Shown one piece after another: positions 1 to 8,726 of a stretch of DNA of 37,252 nt. How positions within the stretch are numbered: position 1 is the first letter of the stretch; each line of letters opens with the position of its first letter. The notes under the pieces were generated by a model that saw only the letters and a program-made list of their open reading frames with translations, searched no databases and had not been told where the DNA came from. Position numbers and translations under genes: made by a program. Where the stretch lies: IMG/VR virus record IMGVR_UViG_2529292912_000006, positions 1 through 37,252 of that record. One strand, given 5' to 3'. The DNA comes from a virus (lineage: Duplodnaviria; Heunggongvirae; Uroviricota; Caudoviricetes).

Positions 1-1254
1 ATGCTGGAACAAATGGGCATTGCCGCGAAGCAAGCCTCGTATAAATTAGCGCAACTCTCCAGCCGCGAAAAAAATCGCGTGCTGGAAAAAATCGCCGATG
101 AACTGGAAGCACAAAGCGAAATCATCCTCAACGCTAACGCCCAGGATGTTGCTGACGCGCGTGTCAATGGCCTTAGCGAAGCGATGCTTGACCGTCTGGC
201 ACTGACGCCCGCACGGCTGAAAGGCATTGCCGATGATGTGCGCCAGGTGTGTAACCTCGCCGATCCGGTGGGACAGGTAATTGATGGCGGCATACTGGAC
301 AGCGGCCTGCGTCTTGAGCGTCGTCGCGTACCGCTGGGGGTTATTGGCGTGATTTATGAAGCGCGTCCGAATGTGACGGTTGATGTCGCTTCGCTGTGCC
401 TGAAAACCGGTAACGCGGTGATCCTGCGTGGTGGCAAAGAAACCTGTCGCACTAACGCTGCAACGGTGGCGGTGATTCAGGACGCCCTGAAATCCTGTGG
501 CTTACCGGCGGGTGCCGTGCAGGCGATTGATAATCCTGACCGTGCGCTGGTCAGTGAAATGCTGCGTATGGATAAATACATCGACATGCTGATCCCGCGT
601 GGTGGCGCTGGTTTGCATAAACTGTGCCGTGAACAGTCGACAATCCCGGTGATCACTGGTGGTATAGGCGTATGCCATATTTACGTTGATGAAAGTGCAG
701 AGATCGCTGAAGCCCTGAAAGTAATCGTCAACGCGAAAACCCAGCGTCCGAGCACATGTAATACGGTTGAAACGTTGCTGGTAAATAAAAACATAGCAGA
801 TAGCTTCCTGCCCGCATTAAGCAAACAAATGGCGGAAAGCGGCGTGACATTACACGCAGATGCAGCTGCGCTGGCGCAGTTGCAGACAGGCCCCGCGAAG
901 GTGGTGGCGGTTAAAGCGGAAGAGTATGACGATGAGTTTCTGTCATTAGATTTGAACGTCAAAATCGTCAGCGATCTTGACGATGCCATCGCCCATATTC
1001 GTGAACACGGCACACAACACTCCGATGCGATCCTGACCCGCGATATGCGCAACGCCCAGCGTTTTGTTAACGAAGTGGATTCTTCCGCTGTTTACGTTAA
1101 CGCCTCTACGCGTTTTACCGACGGCGGCCAGTTTGGACTGGGTGCGGAAGTGGCGGTAAGCACACAAAAACTCCACGCGCGTGGCCCAATGGGGCTGGAA
1201 GCACTGACCACTTACAAGTGGATCGGCATTGGTGATTACACCATTCGTGCGTAA
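1..1254 (+). CDS. proA: gamma-glutamyl phosphate reductase, complete (417 aa)
   Basis: Full-length ORF starting at window position 1; translation recognisable as enterobacterial ProA; followed by tRNA-Thr as in the E. coli proA-thrW locus. Confidence 0.95.
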   Translation: MLEQMGIAAKQASYKLAQLSSREKNRVLEKIADELEAQSEIILNANAQDVADARVNGLSEAMLDRLALTPARLKGIADDVRQVCNLADPVGQVIDGGILDSGLRLERRRVPLGVIGVIYEARPNVTVDVASLCLKTGNAVILRGGKETCRTNAATVAVIQDALKSCGLPAGAVQAIDNPDRALVSEMLRMDKYIDMLIPRGGAGLHKLCREQSTIPVITGGIGVCHIYVDESAEIAEALKVIVNAKTQRPSTCNTVETLLVNKNIADSFLPALSKQMAESGVTLHADAAALAQLQTGPAKVVAVKAEEYDDEFLSLDLNVKIVSDLDDAIAHIREHGTQHSDAILTRDMRNAQRFVNEVDSSAVYVNASTRFTDGGQFGLGAEVAVSTQKLHARGPMGLEALTTYKWIGIGDYTIRA

Positions 1255-1368
1255 ATAAAACCGGGTGATGCAAAAGTAGCCATTTGATTCACAAGGCCAT
1301 TGACGCATCGCCCGGTTAGTTTTAACCTTGTCCACCGTGATTCACGTTCGTGAACATGTCCTTTCAGG

Positions 1369-1444
1369 GCCGATATAGCTCAGTTGGTAGAGCAGCGCAT
1401 TCGTAATGCGAAGGTCGTAGGTTCGACTCCTATTATCGGCACCA
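1369..1444 (+). tRNA. thrW: tRNA-Thr (anticodon CGU)
   Basis: 76-nt sequence GCCGATATAGCTCAGTTGGTAGAGCAGCGCATTCGTAATGCGAAGGTCGTAGGTTCGACTCCTATTATCGGCACCA with cloverleaf arms, CGT anticodon in a 7-nt loop, encoded CCA end; an integrase gene starts 15 bp downstream. Confidence 0.92.
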
Positions 1445-1458
1445 TTTAAATCAATAAG

Positions 1459-2622
1459 TTACACATCATTAGTACCTTCCTTATTTTTTGACTGGGACGA
1501 ATTTGGGACCGATGGGTTCAGGATCGAGTCTATTTGCCGTGCGTGTTCGGTAAGGTGATTAGGTGCAAGGTGAGCATATCGACGAACCATTTCGATAGAC
1601 TCCCAGCCTCCCATTTCCTGTAACACTGACAACGGGACTCCGGCTTGAACCAGCCAACTTGCCCAGGTGTGTCTCAAGTCGTGAAATCTGAAATCATCAA
1701 TACCAGCCCGTCTCAGCGCCGCTTTCCAGGCTGTGTTTGCGTCATACCGCATCTTCCTTACTGTTGGCGCTTTTGTTCCGTCTGGTTTGGTACAGCTTTC
1801 CTTGTACACAAATACCCAACGGTGATGATTCCCGATTTGTTTTTTCAAAACGCGACATGCAGTATCATTCAGCGCAACGCCAATTGCGCGGTTTGATTTA
1901 CTCTCTTCCGGGTTTATCCATGCCACCCGGCGCTGCATGTCTATTTGTTGCCATTCAAGGTTGATGATGTTCGAGCGTCTTAAGCCTGTTGCCAGTGCAA
2001 ATTCAACAACAGACTTTAATGGCTCCGGACATTCATCAATCAGCCTTTGTGCTTCATGGGGCTCCAGCCAGCGGATCCGTTTATTCTTTGGTTGAGGCAC
2101 TTTAATAATTGGTGCCTTATCCAGCATTTTCCATTCACGCTCTGCGGCTCTTAGTAGGGCCTTTATAAATGAAAGATGCGTAGCCTTCGTTGCAACGGAC
2201 GCTGGTTTTGGCGTGTATTCTGGAACAGGTTTCCCTTTTTTTCTGCATGCTTCTGCCCTGAGTCTCCAGTTTTCCTCATGACGCCGGTTCGTCATTTTCT
2301 GCATTGCTGAATAAATTTTTGATTCAGTAATGTCTCTTAGTTGCATTCCTGCGAAATGTTGAAGCCAGAATCCGATCCGGCTTTTGTCATCGTCCAGTGA
2401 TTTTTTATGTGCTTTCTCTTCAAGCCACCTGACACACGCTTCCTCGAACTTTATATCAGGTATTTCACCAAGTTTGCTGACCCGCCATGCTTCAGCCTTT
2501 AGCTTGTCATGGAGTTCTGTCGCCTGCCTTTTGTCCTTTGTTCCAAGAGACTGTTTAAATCTTTTACCGTTCGGCAATGTGAAACTGGCGTACCATATTT
2601 CACCTCTGCGGAAGAGTGACAT
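1459..2622 (-). CDS. int: Phage tyrosine integrase (site-specific recombinase)
   Basis: 387-aa ORF next to tRNA; C-terminal region has the tyrosine-recombinase signature (…[15 protein letters not shown]… then …RYAHL…). Confidence 0.9.
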   Translation of the reverse strand: MSLFRRGEIWYASFTLPNGKRFKQSLGTKDKRQATELHDKLKAEAWRVSKLGEIPDIKFEEACVRWLEEKAHKKSLDDDKSRIGFWLQHFAGMQLRDITESKIYSAMQKMTNRRHEENWRLRAEACRKKGKPVPEYTPKPASVATKATHLSFIKALLRAAEREWKMLDKAPIIKVPQPKNKRIRWLEPHEAQRLIDECPEPLKSVVEFALATGLRRSNIINLEWQQIDMQRRVAWINPEESKSNRAIGVALNDTACRVLKKQIGNHHRWVFVYKESCTKPDGTKAPTVRKMRYDANTAWKAALRRAGIDDFRFHDLRHTWASWLVQAGVPLSVLQEMGGWESIEMVRRYAHLAPNHLTEHARQIDSILNPSVPNSSQSKNKEGTNDV

Positions 2623-2849
2623 TTTCTTTCCTCTGTTATGCCATCACCCGCGCTCACCTGGACAGTATGCAGCGGAGACTGAAGAGCCGCAATGCAGGCT
2701 TGTCGTGTCGTGAGGTAAGGAGATTTATTCTTAGTGGGATCTTTGCGTGTTGCCTTAAGACGCCCTGTGCGTATCCAGTTAATGGCAGTCGGTCTGGATA
2801 TCTTGAGAAAATGACAGGCCTCATCGAGTGTGAGGCTGTATGGCTCCAT
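2499..2849 (-). CDS. Excisionase-like DNA-binding protein (start at internal ATG of the 144-aa track ORF)
   Basis: Sequence [33 protein letters not shown]… resembles the Xis/AlpA-type helix; start ATG shares a base with the upstream gene stop (TAATG at 2847-2851); 3' end overlaps int by about 120 bp. Confidence 0.55.
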   Translation of the reverse strand: MEPYSLTLDEACHFLKISRPTAINWIRTGRLKATRKDPTKNKSPYLTTRQACIAALQSPLHTVQVSAGDGITEERKCHSSAEVKYGTPVSHCRTVKDLNSLLEQRTKGRRQNSMTS

Positions 2850-3154
2850 TATTTCACCTCTTGCTGTGACATTGTTGAAAAATGGATACCAGCTCGTTGC
2901 TGCCAGACGATCCAACCGAGAGTCATATCCCATGCCATGTATTCGTTATCGCCGTTTTTTGCTCTCCGACGATCTACTAAGTCACCGAAACGCTTTTCCA
3001 TGAATAATTCATAAGCTTCGCGTTCATCTGGTTCTACTTCCAGAGATAGGAGTGCGATTTCATAAGCACGGCGCTCAATATCGTCTCGCACGTCAAGGCT
3101 GCTGATACGCTCTTTAATTTCTTTAATCAGTTCTTTGTCGGTAAAAGTGGTCAT
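2849..3154 (-). CDS. Hypothetical early protein (101 aa; size and position match CPS-53 YfdT)
   Basis: ORF translationally coupled to neighbours on both sides; acidic helical protein; family assignment is memory-based. Confidence 0.5.
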   Translation of the reverse strand: MTTFTDKELIKEIKERISSLDVRDDIERRAYEIALLSLEVEPDEREAYELFMEKRFGDLVDRRRAKNGDNEYMAWDMTLGWIVWQQRAGIHFSTMSQQEVK

Positions 3155-3516
3155 TATGCTCCAGCCTCCGGTGCTTTTGGCATTACTGCCCAGTGAGTGA
3201 TATTGACGTTTTCAAGGTCCCCGACCTGAAATGTCCACTGCCATTCTCCGGTTTCTTTTTGTCCCCAGGTGTACCAGAGAGACCGCCAGCCAATTAGCCA
3301 GCCTTCTCCGTTAGCATCGAATAACAAAACACTTTCATTTGCTGGTGGCAGTTCAGTTGACACTGGTATTACTTTGTTTTCCTGTGCTGCACATTTAGCT
3401 TCAAGCGCATCGAATTTACGCACCAGGTATTCAGCATCTGTTTCATTTACTTTCAGATCTCGCGGTACACATCTCCCACGAAGAAACCCTTCCATTTCGA
3501 AAACATTCATGCGCAT
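3154..3516 (-). CDS. Hypothetical early protein (120 aa; YfdS-like)
   Basis: ORF in leftward early operon; Trp-rich C-terminal half; ATGA-type overlap with downstream gene. Confidence 0.5.
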   Translation of the reverse strand: MRMNVFEMEGFLRGRCVPRDLKVNETDAEYLVRKFDALEAKCAAQENKVIPVSTELPPANESVLLFDANGEGWLIGWRSLWYTWGQKETGEWQWTFQVGDLENVNITHWAVMPKAPEAGA

Positions 3517-4043
3517 TTGCGTAACTCCGATAACTCGTTAAAGCGTTCCATAAACATCCCGTAGGCATGGCCCGGTGCCAGTGGAATCACGTTGAACATC
3601 TCTGTTGCCGGGATACCTTCCAGTACAGGCCAGAAAGAGCCATCATCAAGCCCGAGATCGCGGCGTTCGGTTGCCAGCATGATGAGATCGGCATATTTCA
3701 CGGGCGTACTCATAACTGGGGGTAACCCGTATTTCTCACGGATTACGGCGTCTATTTTTTCTTCCATTTGTTTATAGTCAGGAAGAAGGCGTTTCAGTGG
3801 TGCGGGAATGTCCTGGCAATACGCTTCTGTTGCATCATGCATTAACGCTTCAAAAGCAAATTCCTGCGGCACCAGCTGGCTGCAAAGAACCGCATGTTGG
3901 GCGACGCTGTAGAAGTGCGAAAGATGACCGGCAAAGCGACAGATATTTGAAAGGGAAACCGCGATATCGTTAATATCGATGTCGTCTTTATTTATCCTGT
4001 CATAATAAAAATGCTTCCCGGAAAAAGTTTTAATAAATGACAT
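3507..4043 (-). CDS. HD-domain phosphohydrolase (YfdR-like, possible 5'-deoxynucleotidase)
   Basis: H…HD motif (…ALMHDATEAY…); internal ATG at 4043 chosen because it is preceded by GGAGA (the track ORF start at 4070 has no SD); gives 178 aa. Confidence 0.7.
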   Translation of the reverse strand: MSFIKTFSGKHFYYDRINKDDIDINDIAVSLSNICRFAGHLSHFYSVAQHAVLCSQLVPQEFAFEALMHDATEAYCQDIPAPLKRLLPDYKQMEEKIDAVIREKYGLPPVMSTPVKYADLIMLATERRDLGLDDGSFWPVLEGIPATEMFNVIPLAPGHAYGMFMERFNELSELRKCA

Positions 4044-4170
4044 TTTGTTCTCCACGTATATGCGCTGCACCGCGCTGAATTCTGGTAAAAAGAATCCCTC
4101 ACCATCCGGCGATTATTGAGTAAATTACGTTTCCATAAATGCCCCCGCAGGGGCATTTGCAGTAATGAAA

Positions 4171-4995
4171 TCAGGCGGTGAAAGTACCAATAAAGGTTTC
4201 TACTTTGCTGTCCTTGAATTTCTCAACAAGCAGATCACGAAATTCGTTAGCCATTTCTTCCTGCACCGCCTCCAGCTGAATAATGCGCAGAACCAGTACC
4301 GGACGATCGCCAGTGATAATGCTGAGGCGTAATTTAAACGGACGTTCTTTCAGACCTTCAAACGGAATGCATTTAAATTCAAATGCCACTGGCATAATGT
4401 CTTTGGTCTTCGCTTCGACAGACTCCATCAGGGAGCGTTTGCCGCTGAAGTCATTATCTTCAAAATCAGCGGTCTGATTTGCTTCAATCGTGATTTTACG
4501 GACCGCCGCAGCCGCTTTTGTTGCCTGAATGGTGTCACCATTAGCATCAAAGCCCACAAGGTAGTCGGCCCAGTCTTCAATCCATTCTGCCAGTGATTTC
4601 TGGGAGTTACGCTCGCCATTAACAGACAACAGAGCAGAGAACGGTGCTGTCTTTTTCAGTTTGAGAGTGGCGGTGTTATCTGCGTGACCTGGTTCATCAA
4701 TAGTACCCAGGTTAAGCACACTGACGGCACGCATATTATCAGCATCGATAAAGCAGCGGGTGCCTTCATCTGCAAGATCTTTAGAATAACGGGTAAAGTC
4801 ATCGATGCTGGCAGTGGAAAGCGCACCACGGAAACGGAAGCGATTTAAATTAAATTTTTCCAGATCATGAATGCGGAAATTCTCAGGCAATGCCACAGCA
4901 TCGGCACCAATCTTACTGATAATTTCATTAACACCCTGAGCAGAAATAAGGGCATGGATTTGATTAATTGCGGTTGCGTCTAAGTTCTGAGACAT
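4171..4995 (-). CDS. DUF2303-family phage protein (YfdQ-like), 274 aa
   Basis: Long clean ORF in the leftward early operon; length and position match the yfdQ-type protein of CPS-53-like prophages (memory-based). Confidence 0.6.
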   Translation of the reverse strand: MSQNLDATAINQIHALISAQGVNEIISKIGADAVALPENFRIHDLEKFNLNRFRFRGALSTASIDDFTRYSKDLADEGTRCFIDADNMRAVSVLNLGTIDEPGHADNTATLKLKKTAPFSALLSVNGERNSQKSLAEWIEDWADYLVGFDANGDTIQATKAAAAVRKITIEANQTADFEDNDFSGKRSLMESVEAKTKDIMPVAFEFKCIPFEGLKERPFKLRLSIITGDRPVLVLRIIQLEAVQEEMANEFRDLLVEKFKDSKVETFIGTFTA

Positions 4996-5060
4996 AATAA
5001 GTCCTCACTATATAAAGATATTCAGTGATGAGATAAATAATCAGTTAATTAAGAACGATA

Positions 5061-5423
5061 TTAATGACCTGCTGCGCGGAGTTTTCCGTCAGGTTCACCG
5101 GCAAGAGTCAGTAATTGTCCCTGGTCTTCCTGCAGAATAGTCAGGCGACCACCGCGATTGACATACATCGGCGTTTCGGTGGTGTCTTCTTCGGAAATTT
5201 TCCCGCGGTTAGTCGGGCGAACATATGAGAGTTTGTGTTTGATTTTCACACGGTTCTCATCAAATGGTTCGATTTCTAGGTTGAGTGAGACCTTACCTTT
5301 GGTTTTCGTGTTCATCACACCGGAAGCGACTTCACTGAGAACTGCGCCGATTTTGGTTTCAAATACGCCGCCGTCCAGCTCCCCGATAAATGCCTGCACA
5401 TCAGTACTGCGTTCGCTAGCCAT
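5061..5423 (-). CDS. Hypothetical early protein (YfdP-like), 120 aa from the internal start
   Basis: Internal ATG at 5423 is preceded by GAGGAG with a 6-nt spacer; the track ORF extends to 5453. Confidence 0.5.
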   Translation of the reverse strand: MASERSTDVQAFIGELDGGVFETKIGAVLSEVASGVMNTKTKGKVSLNLEIEPFDENRVKIKHKLSYVRPTNRGKISEEDTTETPMYVNRGGRLTILQEDQGQLLTLAGEPDGKLRAAGH

Positions 5424-5453
5424 TTGCTGCTCCTCATCATATCGACCCTGCAA

Positions 5454-5859
5454 GGCCGATTAGTTTCTCCACAAAACAGAGAAGAACACCTGCGGTGGCA
5501 GCCGCCCGGATGGATTGGGTTATGAGCCCGTCGTCCGGTGATGCTCTTCTCTGTTTTGTAAAAAGGACGGTACCAGCCGGAAGCAAGGGTACAAACTGGT
5601 ACCGCCAGGACTACACACAGCATAAAGTTGTGGTGCCGGGTGCCTCCCGGTGCCTGGCGAAGGTTGCACACCAGACGGGTGGGTATCCACAGAAGGTCGA
5701 CTGTCAGCCTCAACCTTAACCCGCGTGCGCTGAGCCGCATTCACCACAACGCTAAGGATTCTCTTTGGTTGAAAATACTTAGCTGTTATGTGCCTGTCTT
5801 TTCACCACTTCAGGCTCGGTGGTATCCTTTTAAGCCCGTATACATAAAAGGAAAATCAA
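5454..5859. other. GC-rich structured non-coding region (candidate ncRNA or cis-regulatory RNA element)
   Basis: About 400 bp with no protein-like ORF in any frame; 14-bp perfect inverted repeat (5471-5484 with 5546-5559) plus further local hairpins. Confidence 0.3.
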
Positions 5860-6105
5860 ATGACTTTTGATGAAAAAGAACTTGATAATGCAATTAATAA
5901 AATCATCGTAACGTCGCTCTTTTCCTGTCTCAGCGACACTCAGCAGAAACAGTTCTACGAATCGGCTTTCAACATGATCGAGCGTTGTTGTTTCTGCGAT
6001 GCCGACGAGTTACCTGAAAAAATCAGGAAACAGTTGGCTGATGCTCTTCGAGTGCGACTTTCTGACCAATTTTCTGAAATGTGCTCTCCGAATTTGGACA
6101 AATAG
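5860..6105 (+). CDS. Hypothetical small protein (81 aa)
   Basis: Strong SD (AAAGGAAAATCAA-ATG); only plus-strand gene in a minus-strand region; contains a CCFCD motif. Confidence 0.4.
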   Translation: MTFDEKELDNAINKIIVTSLFSCLSDTQQKQFYESAFNMIERCCFCDADELPEKIRKQLADALRVRLSDQFSEMCSPNLDK

Positions 6106-6319
6106 AAAAAGGCCATTTCCATTCAGGGTCTGATGGAAATACTTCAGCCTGTTCCAAAGCACGGCGTAAAGAGAACACAACTCCAGCCATAATCTGATGT
6201 TTCCCATTGGTCCAGCTATCGCCGCTCTGATCTACAGGGGCGGCTATGTCGTATGACCAAACGACTTCACAGTTATTGTTTAAAATCTGGACTTTCATTT
6301 CATACACCTGCTTTAACAT
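6023..6319 (-). CDS. Hypothetical protein (91-98 aa), first gene downstream of putative OL/pL
   Basis: ORF with a possible AGGTG SD before the internal ATG at 6298; its 3' end overlaps the plus-strand 81-aa ORF; coding status uncertain. Confidence 0.3.
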   Translation of the reverse strand: MLKQVYEMKVQILNNNCEVVWSYDIAAPVDQSGDSWTNGKHQIMAGVVFSLRRALEQAEVFPSDPEWKWPFSICPNSESTFQKIGQKVALEEHQPTVS

Positions 6320-6427
6320 GAGTGCCTAGTGGCACAACATGACTCAACGAATCATCCTGGACTTCATATGCCCCAGGCGGCTACTTCGTGGGCGTCCTGC
6401 CTGTTCGTTGTCGTTAAAATAATTCTG

Positions 6428-6463
6428 CTACCAAAAGTAGCAAAAATCAACAACTAAAAGTAG
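6428..6463. promoter_or_regulatory. Putative OL operator pair
   Basis: CTACCAAAAGTAG (6428-6440) and CTAAAAGTAG (6454-6463), 23 bp apart, same motif and spacing as the OR pair at 8367-8402. Confidence 0.4.
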
Positions 6464-6564
6464 ATAATTTGTTTGGTATGCGTTGATGCGTTTAATGCTT
6501 TGAATTTAATATGTTTTTTAAATGTGTTGTGATGTGATTCAAGACAAAGGGGGGGCGTTTGTAT

Positions 6565-6590
6565 AGAAAAAAACCGGCATAAAGCCGGTT
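6565..6590 (-). terminator. Intrinsic terminator ending the cI-downstream operon
   Basis: On the minus strand the stop codon is followed by a GC hairpin (CCGGC-loop-GCCGG) and a run of 7 T. Confidence 0.65.
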
Positions 6591-7222
6591 TAGTTTGCTT
6601 TTCCCTGCGGAGGTAATACTTGTGGAGTAATTGGTTCTTGGTTGAGATGTTTAACACTTGATTGTTGTGTAACTGGTTGAACTACTGGCGAAGTATCTTT
6701 AAAAGCAGAAATTATGCTAGGTAATGCAACTATGACCGCAATGATAACTCCAAAAATAGCAAGTCTGGTAGAAATTCCAGATTGAATACCACTAATGGCT
6801 GTATTTATTCCAGTAATTTGGCCTTGTATACCTTCGAATCTACCATTGATGGCCTTCACATCCCCGTCAACACTGTCCATTTTGCCTTCGATTTTCGAAG
6901 AGATAGAATTGATGGCTGAATTTAGAGATGCTAGCTGAACGTTTGTGTTCTCGCGAGATAAAGCCATTTCAACTCTAATAGAGGATGCAATGGACTCCAT
7001 TTCTGCTTTATTGGCAGCTAAAAGTGCTTGAATTTCTTCTCGACTAACTGATGACATTTTATTTCCCCCATCAGTTTTGTAAGTTTCATCTGCGGATTCG
7101 ATAAAATCAGTATACATTTCTTCTATACCGACGCGCAGCCTGTTCTTAACATTGGGGTAAAGGTCACACTTATCAATACCAGATCCACAGTTTGGTACTG
7201 CTCTGAGATAAGGTCGCGTCAT
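6590..7222 (-). CDS. Coiled-coil membrane protein (210 aa), rexB-position gene
   Basis: SD GAGGA before ATG at 7222; heptad-like repeats (…INSISSKIEGKMDSVDGDVKAINGRFEGIQGQITGINTAISGIQSGI…) then hydrophobic helix (LAIFGVIIAVIVALPSIISAF) and Pro/Gln-rich tail; AT-rich. Confidence 0.6.
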   Translation of the reverse strand: MTRPYLRAVPNCGSGIDKCDLYPNVKNRLRVGIEEMYTDFIESADETYKTDGGNKMSSVSREEIQALLAANKAEMESIASSIRVEMALSRENTNVQLASLNSAINSISSKIEGKMDSVDGDVKAINGRFEGIQGQITGINTAISGIQSGISTRLAIFGVIIAVIVALPSIISAFKDTSPVVQPVTQQSSVKHLNQEPITPQVLPPQGKAN

Positions 7223-7240
7223 TTCCCATCCTCTTCTTTT

Positions 7241-7579
7241 TCATTTTTCTTTTTGGATCAATGATCTAGCTTTTTTATAAGAAAAAAGAAGTACATGTGC
7301 ACAGTGATCACAGGTGATTCGAAACAGCGGCATACCACCAGGATAATTTATAGCGCTATCAGTTTCAGGTTTGTATTGGGCATAGCTGAGAACTTCGATT
7401 ACGTGATGTTTTGGCTGATTGTCTTCAACTTCAAGTTCTAGAGTACCGACTACACTCCATGATTGATTTCCGCAAATTTGGCAAATTAAAGGCTTTTTGA
7501 AAGAGTTTATGAAATCAATAAACTCATCTGCAGTGATAATTTCTGAATTTGCTTCGCTATGAAATAGTTCAGATTTCAT
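7241..7579 (-). CDS. Small zinc-ribbon-like protein (112 aa), rexA-position gene
   Basis: AAGGA SD; two Cys pairs (CQIC … CDHC); immediately downstream of the repressor gene on the same strand; AT-rich. Confidence 0.55.
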   Translation of the reverse strand: MKSELFHSEANSEIITADEFIDFINSFKKPLICQICGNQSWSVVGTLELEVEDNQPKHHVIEVLSYAQYKPETDSAINYPGGMPLFRITCDHCAHVLLFSYKKARSLIQKEK

Positions 7580-7623
7580 TATTATTATCCTTTTAGATCT
7601 TTTAATCCTGAAAGGATTGAGTT

Positions 7624-8328
7624 TTACAATCGGTTGTATTTTATAGATTCGTGAATCAACGCCTTGCCCATTACATAAAGCTGATCCTGCGATTTTTCAT
7701 CGATGTACCATTTCTCATAGGCGGGGTTATCCGAAAGAACGGCTAGCTTGTCACCTTGCATTTGAAGACGTTTGACATGAAAAGTCTTACCGTAAACGAA
7801 AGAGTAAACTCCATCAGTCTGGAAGTGACGAACAGAAATGTCGACAAACAGTCGGTCTCCGGAAACGAGTGTAGGGGACATACTATCGCCATTTACAGTC
7901 ATAACCTTAATATCATTCTGAGAACGGTTGCCGAAAAGAGAACGGGCATGTTCTGTTGTGAACTCAATGGCGTAGAGCACATCAACATAGTCTGAAAGCA
8001 TATAGGTCCCAGGTCCTGCGCTAACGCTAAGATCCAAAACTTCTATCCTGTATACATCGGGTTTCGTTGGATTGGGGATGCTTGCCATTTCCTTACATCC
8101 TTCTCTCTCGCCAACACCATATTCTAAATATGAAGCTGATACCCCCAGAGCCAATGCAAGTTTATTCATGACAGAGGCACGAGGCTTCGCAGCGCCGATT
8201 GTGTATCGCCGCGCCATTTCATATGTAACGCCCACAAGACTTTTGAGTTGGGTGACAGAAATTCCCTTGTTTGTCATTAGCTCGTTTAGTCTCTTGGCGA
8301 AATCTGGATACTTCTGTTCTTCTACCAT
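7624..8328 (-). CDS. CI-type prophage repressor (HTH plus S24 LexA-like peptidase domain)
   Basis: HTH (…NELMTNKGISVTQLKSLVGVT…), Ala-Gly cleavage site, GDSM serine motif and VKRL lysine motif. Start set at ATG 8328 because the track start (8385) lies between the two operator repeats; 8364 is also possible. Confidence 0.85.
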   Translation of the reverse strand: MVEEQKYPDFAKRLNELMTNKGISVTQLKSLVGVTYEMARRYTIGAAKPRASVMNKLALALGVSASYLEYGVGEREGCKEMASIPNPTKPDVYRIEVLDLSVSAGPGTYMLSDYVDVLYAIEFTTEHARSLFGNRSQNDIKVMTVNGDSMSPTLVSGDRLFVDISVRHFQTDGVYSFVYGKTFHVKRLQMQGDKLAVLSDNPAYEKWYIDEKSQDQLYVMGKALIHESIKYNRL

Positions 8329-8366
8329 AGGTAGAAGATTACTCACATCACATACACTAGTCATTT

Positions 8367-8426
8367 CTATTTTAAGTAGTTGCATTTTGCTATTTTAAGT
8401 AGCATCATCCCTCTGAATTTCAGAGG
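8367..8426. promoter_or_regulatory. Putative OR operator pair plus palindrome over the cro SD
   Basis: Two identical 13-bp imperfect palindromes CTATTTTAAGTAG at 8367-8379 and 8390-8402 (23 bp apart); 17-bp perfect palindrome CCTCTGAA-T-TTCAGAGG at 8410-8426. Confidence 0.5.
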
Positions 8427-8434
8427 AGAAAGGT

Positions 8435-8698
8435 ATGTCATCTCAAAACTACACAGAGAAAGCAGTAAAGGCTGCGGGAAAATCTTTATCTGAAGTAGCC
8501 CGTCGCTTTGGTTTTAAGTCCACTCAATCCGTCGCTAATTGGGTAATTAACAATCAAGTCCCGTCAGAACGGGTTTTACAACTTTGTGAGTTGGGAAACT
8601 GGTCCGTGACCCCTCATGAACTGCGTCCTGATATTTACCCCAATCCAAATGATGGATTACCTGAGTGCTATTCAAAAGTTAGCGGTTCAGCTGCGTAA
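8435..8698 (+). CDS. Cro-like HTH regulator (YdaS family)
   Basis: Divergent from the repressor; SD GAGGAG; HTH (…LSEVARRFGFKSTQSVANWV…) followed by an …HELRPD… motif typical of YdaS-type Cro analogues. Confidence 0.7.
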   Translation: MSSQNYTEKAVKAAGKSLSEVARRFGFKSTQSVANWVINNQVPSERVLQLCELGNWSVTPHELRPDIYPNPNDGLPECYSKVSGSAA

Positions 8699-8726
8699 AC
8701 GTAACCACAGAAATGAGGAATTAACC

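Noticed and set aside
1255-1368. Possible thrW promoter (TTGACG at 1299-1304) and palindrome TTCACGTTCGTGAA upstream of the tRNA
   Set aside because: Plausible but the hexamer spacing is ambiguous by eye; it is host housekeeping sequence and not reported as a feature.
5315-5747. 141-aa and 75-aa ORFs across the GC-rich structured region
   Set aside because: Translations are rich in Arg, Cys, Trp and Pro with no plausible start context; the region is better explained as structured non-coding sequence.
5454-5859. Retron (msr/msd) hypothesis for the structured region
   Set aside because: No reverse-transcriptase gene nearby; the adjacent ORFs are small and unrelated.
6454-6657. 67-aa minus-strand ORF in the AT-rich region next to the putative OL
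   Set aside because: Lies across the operator repeats and the terminator hairpin; low-complexity translation; no SD.
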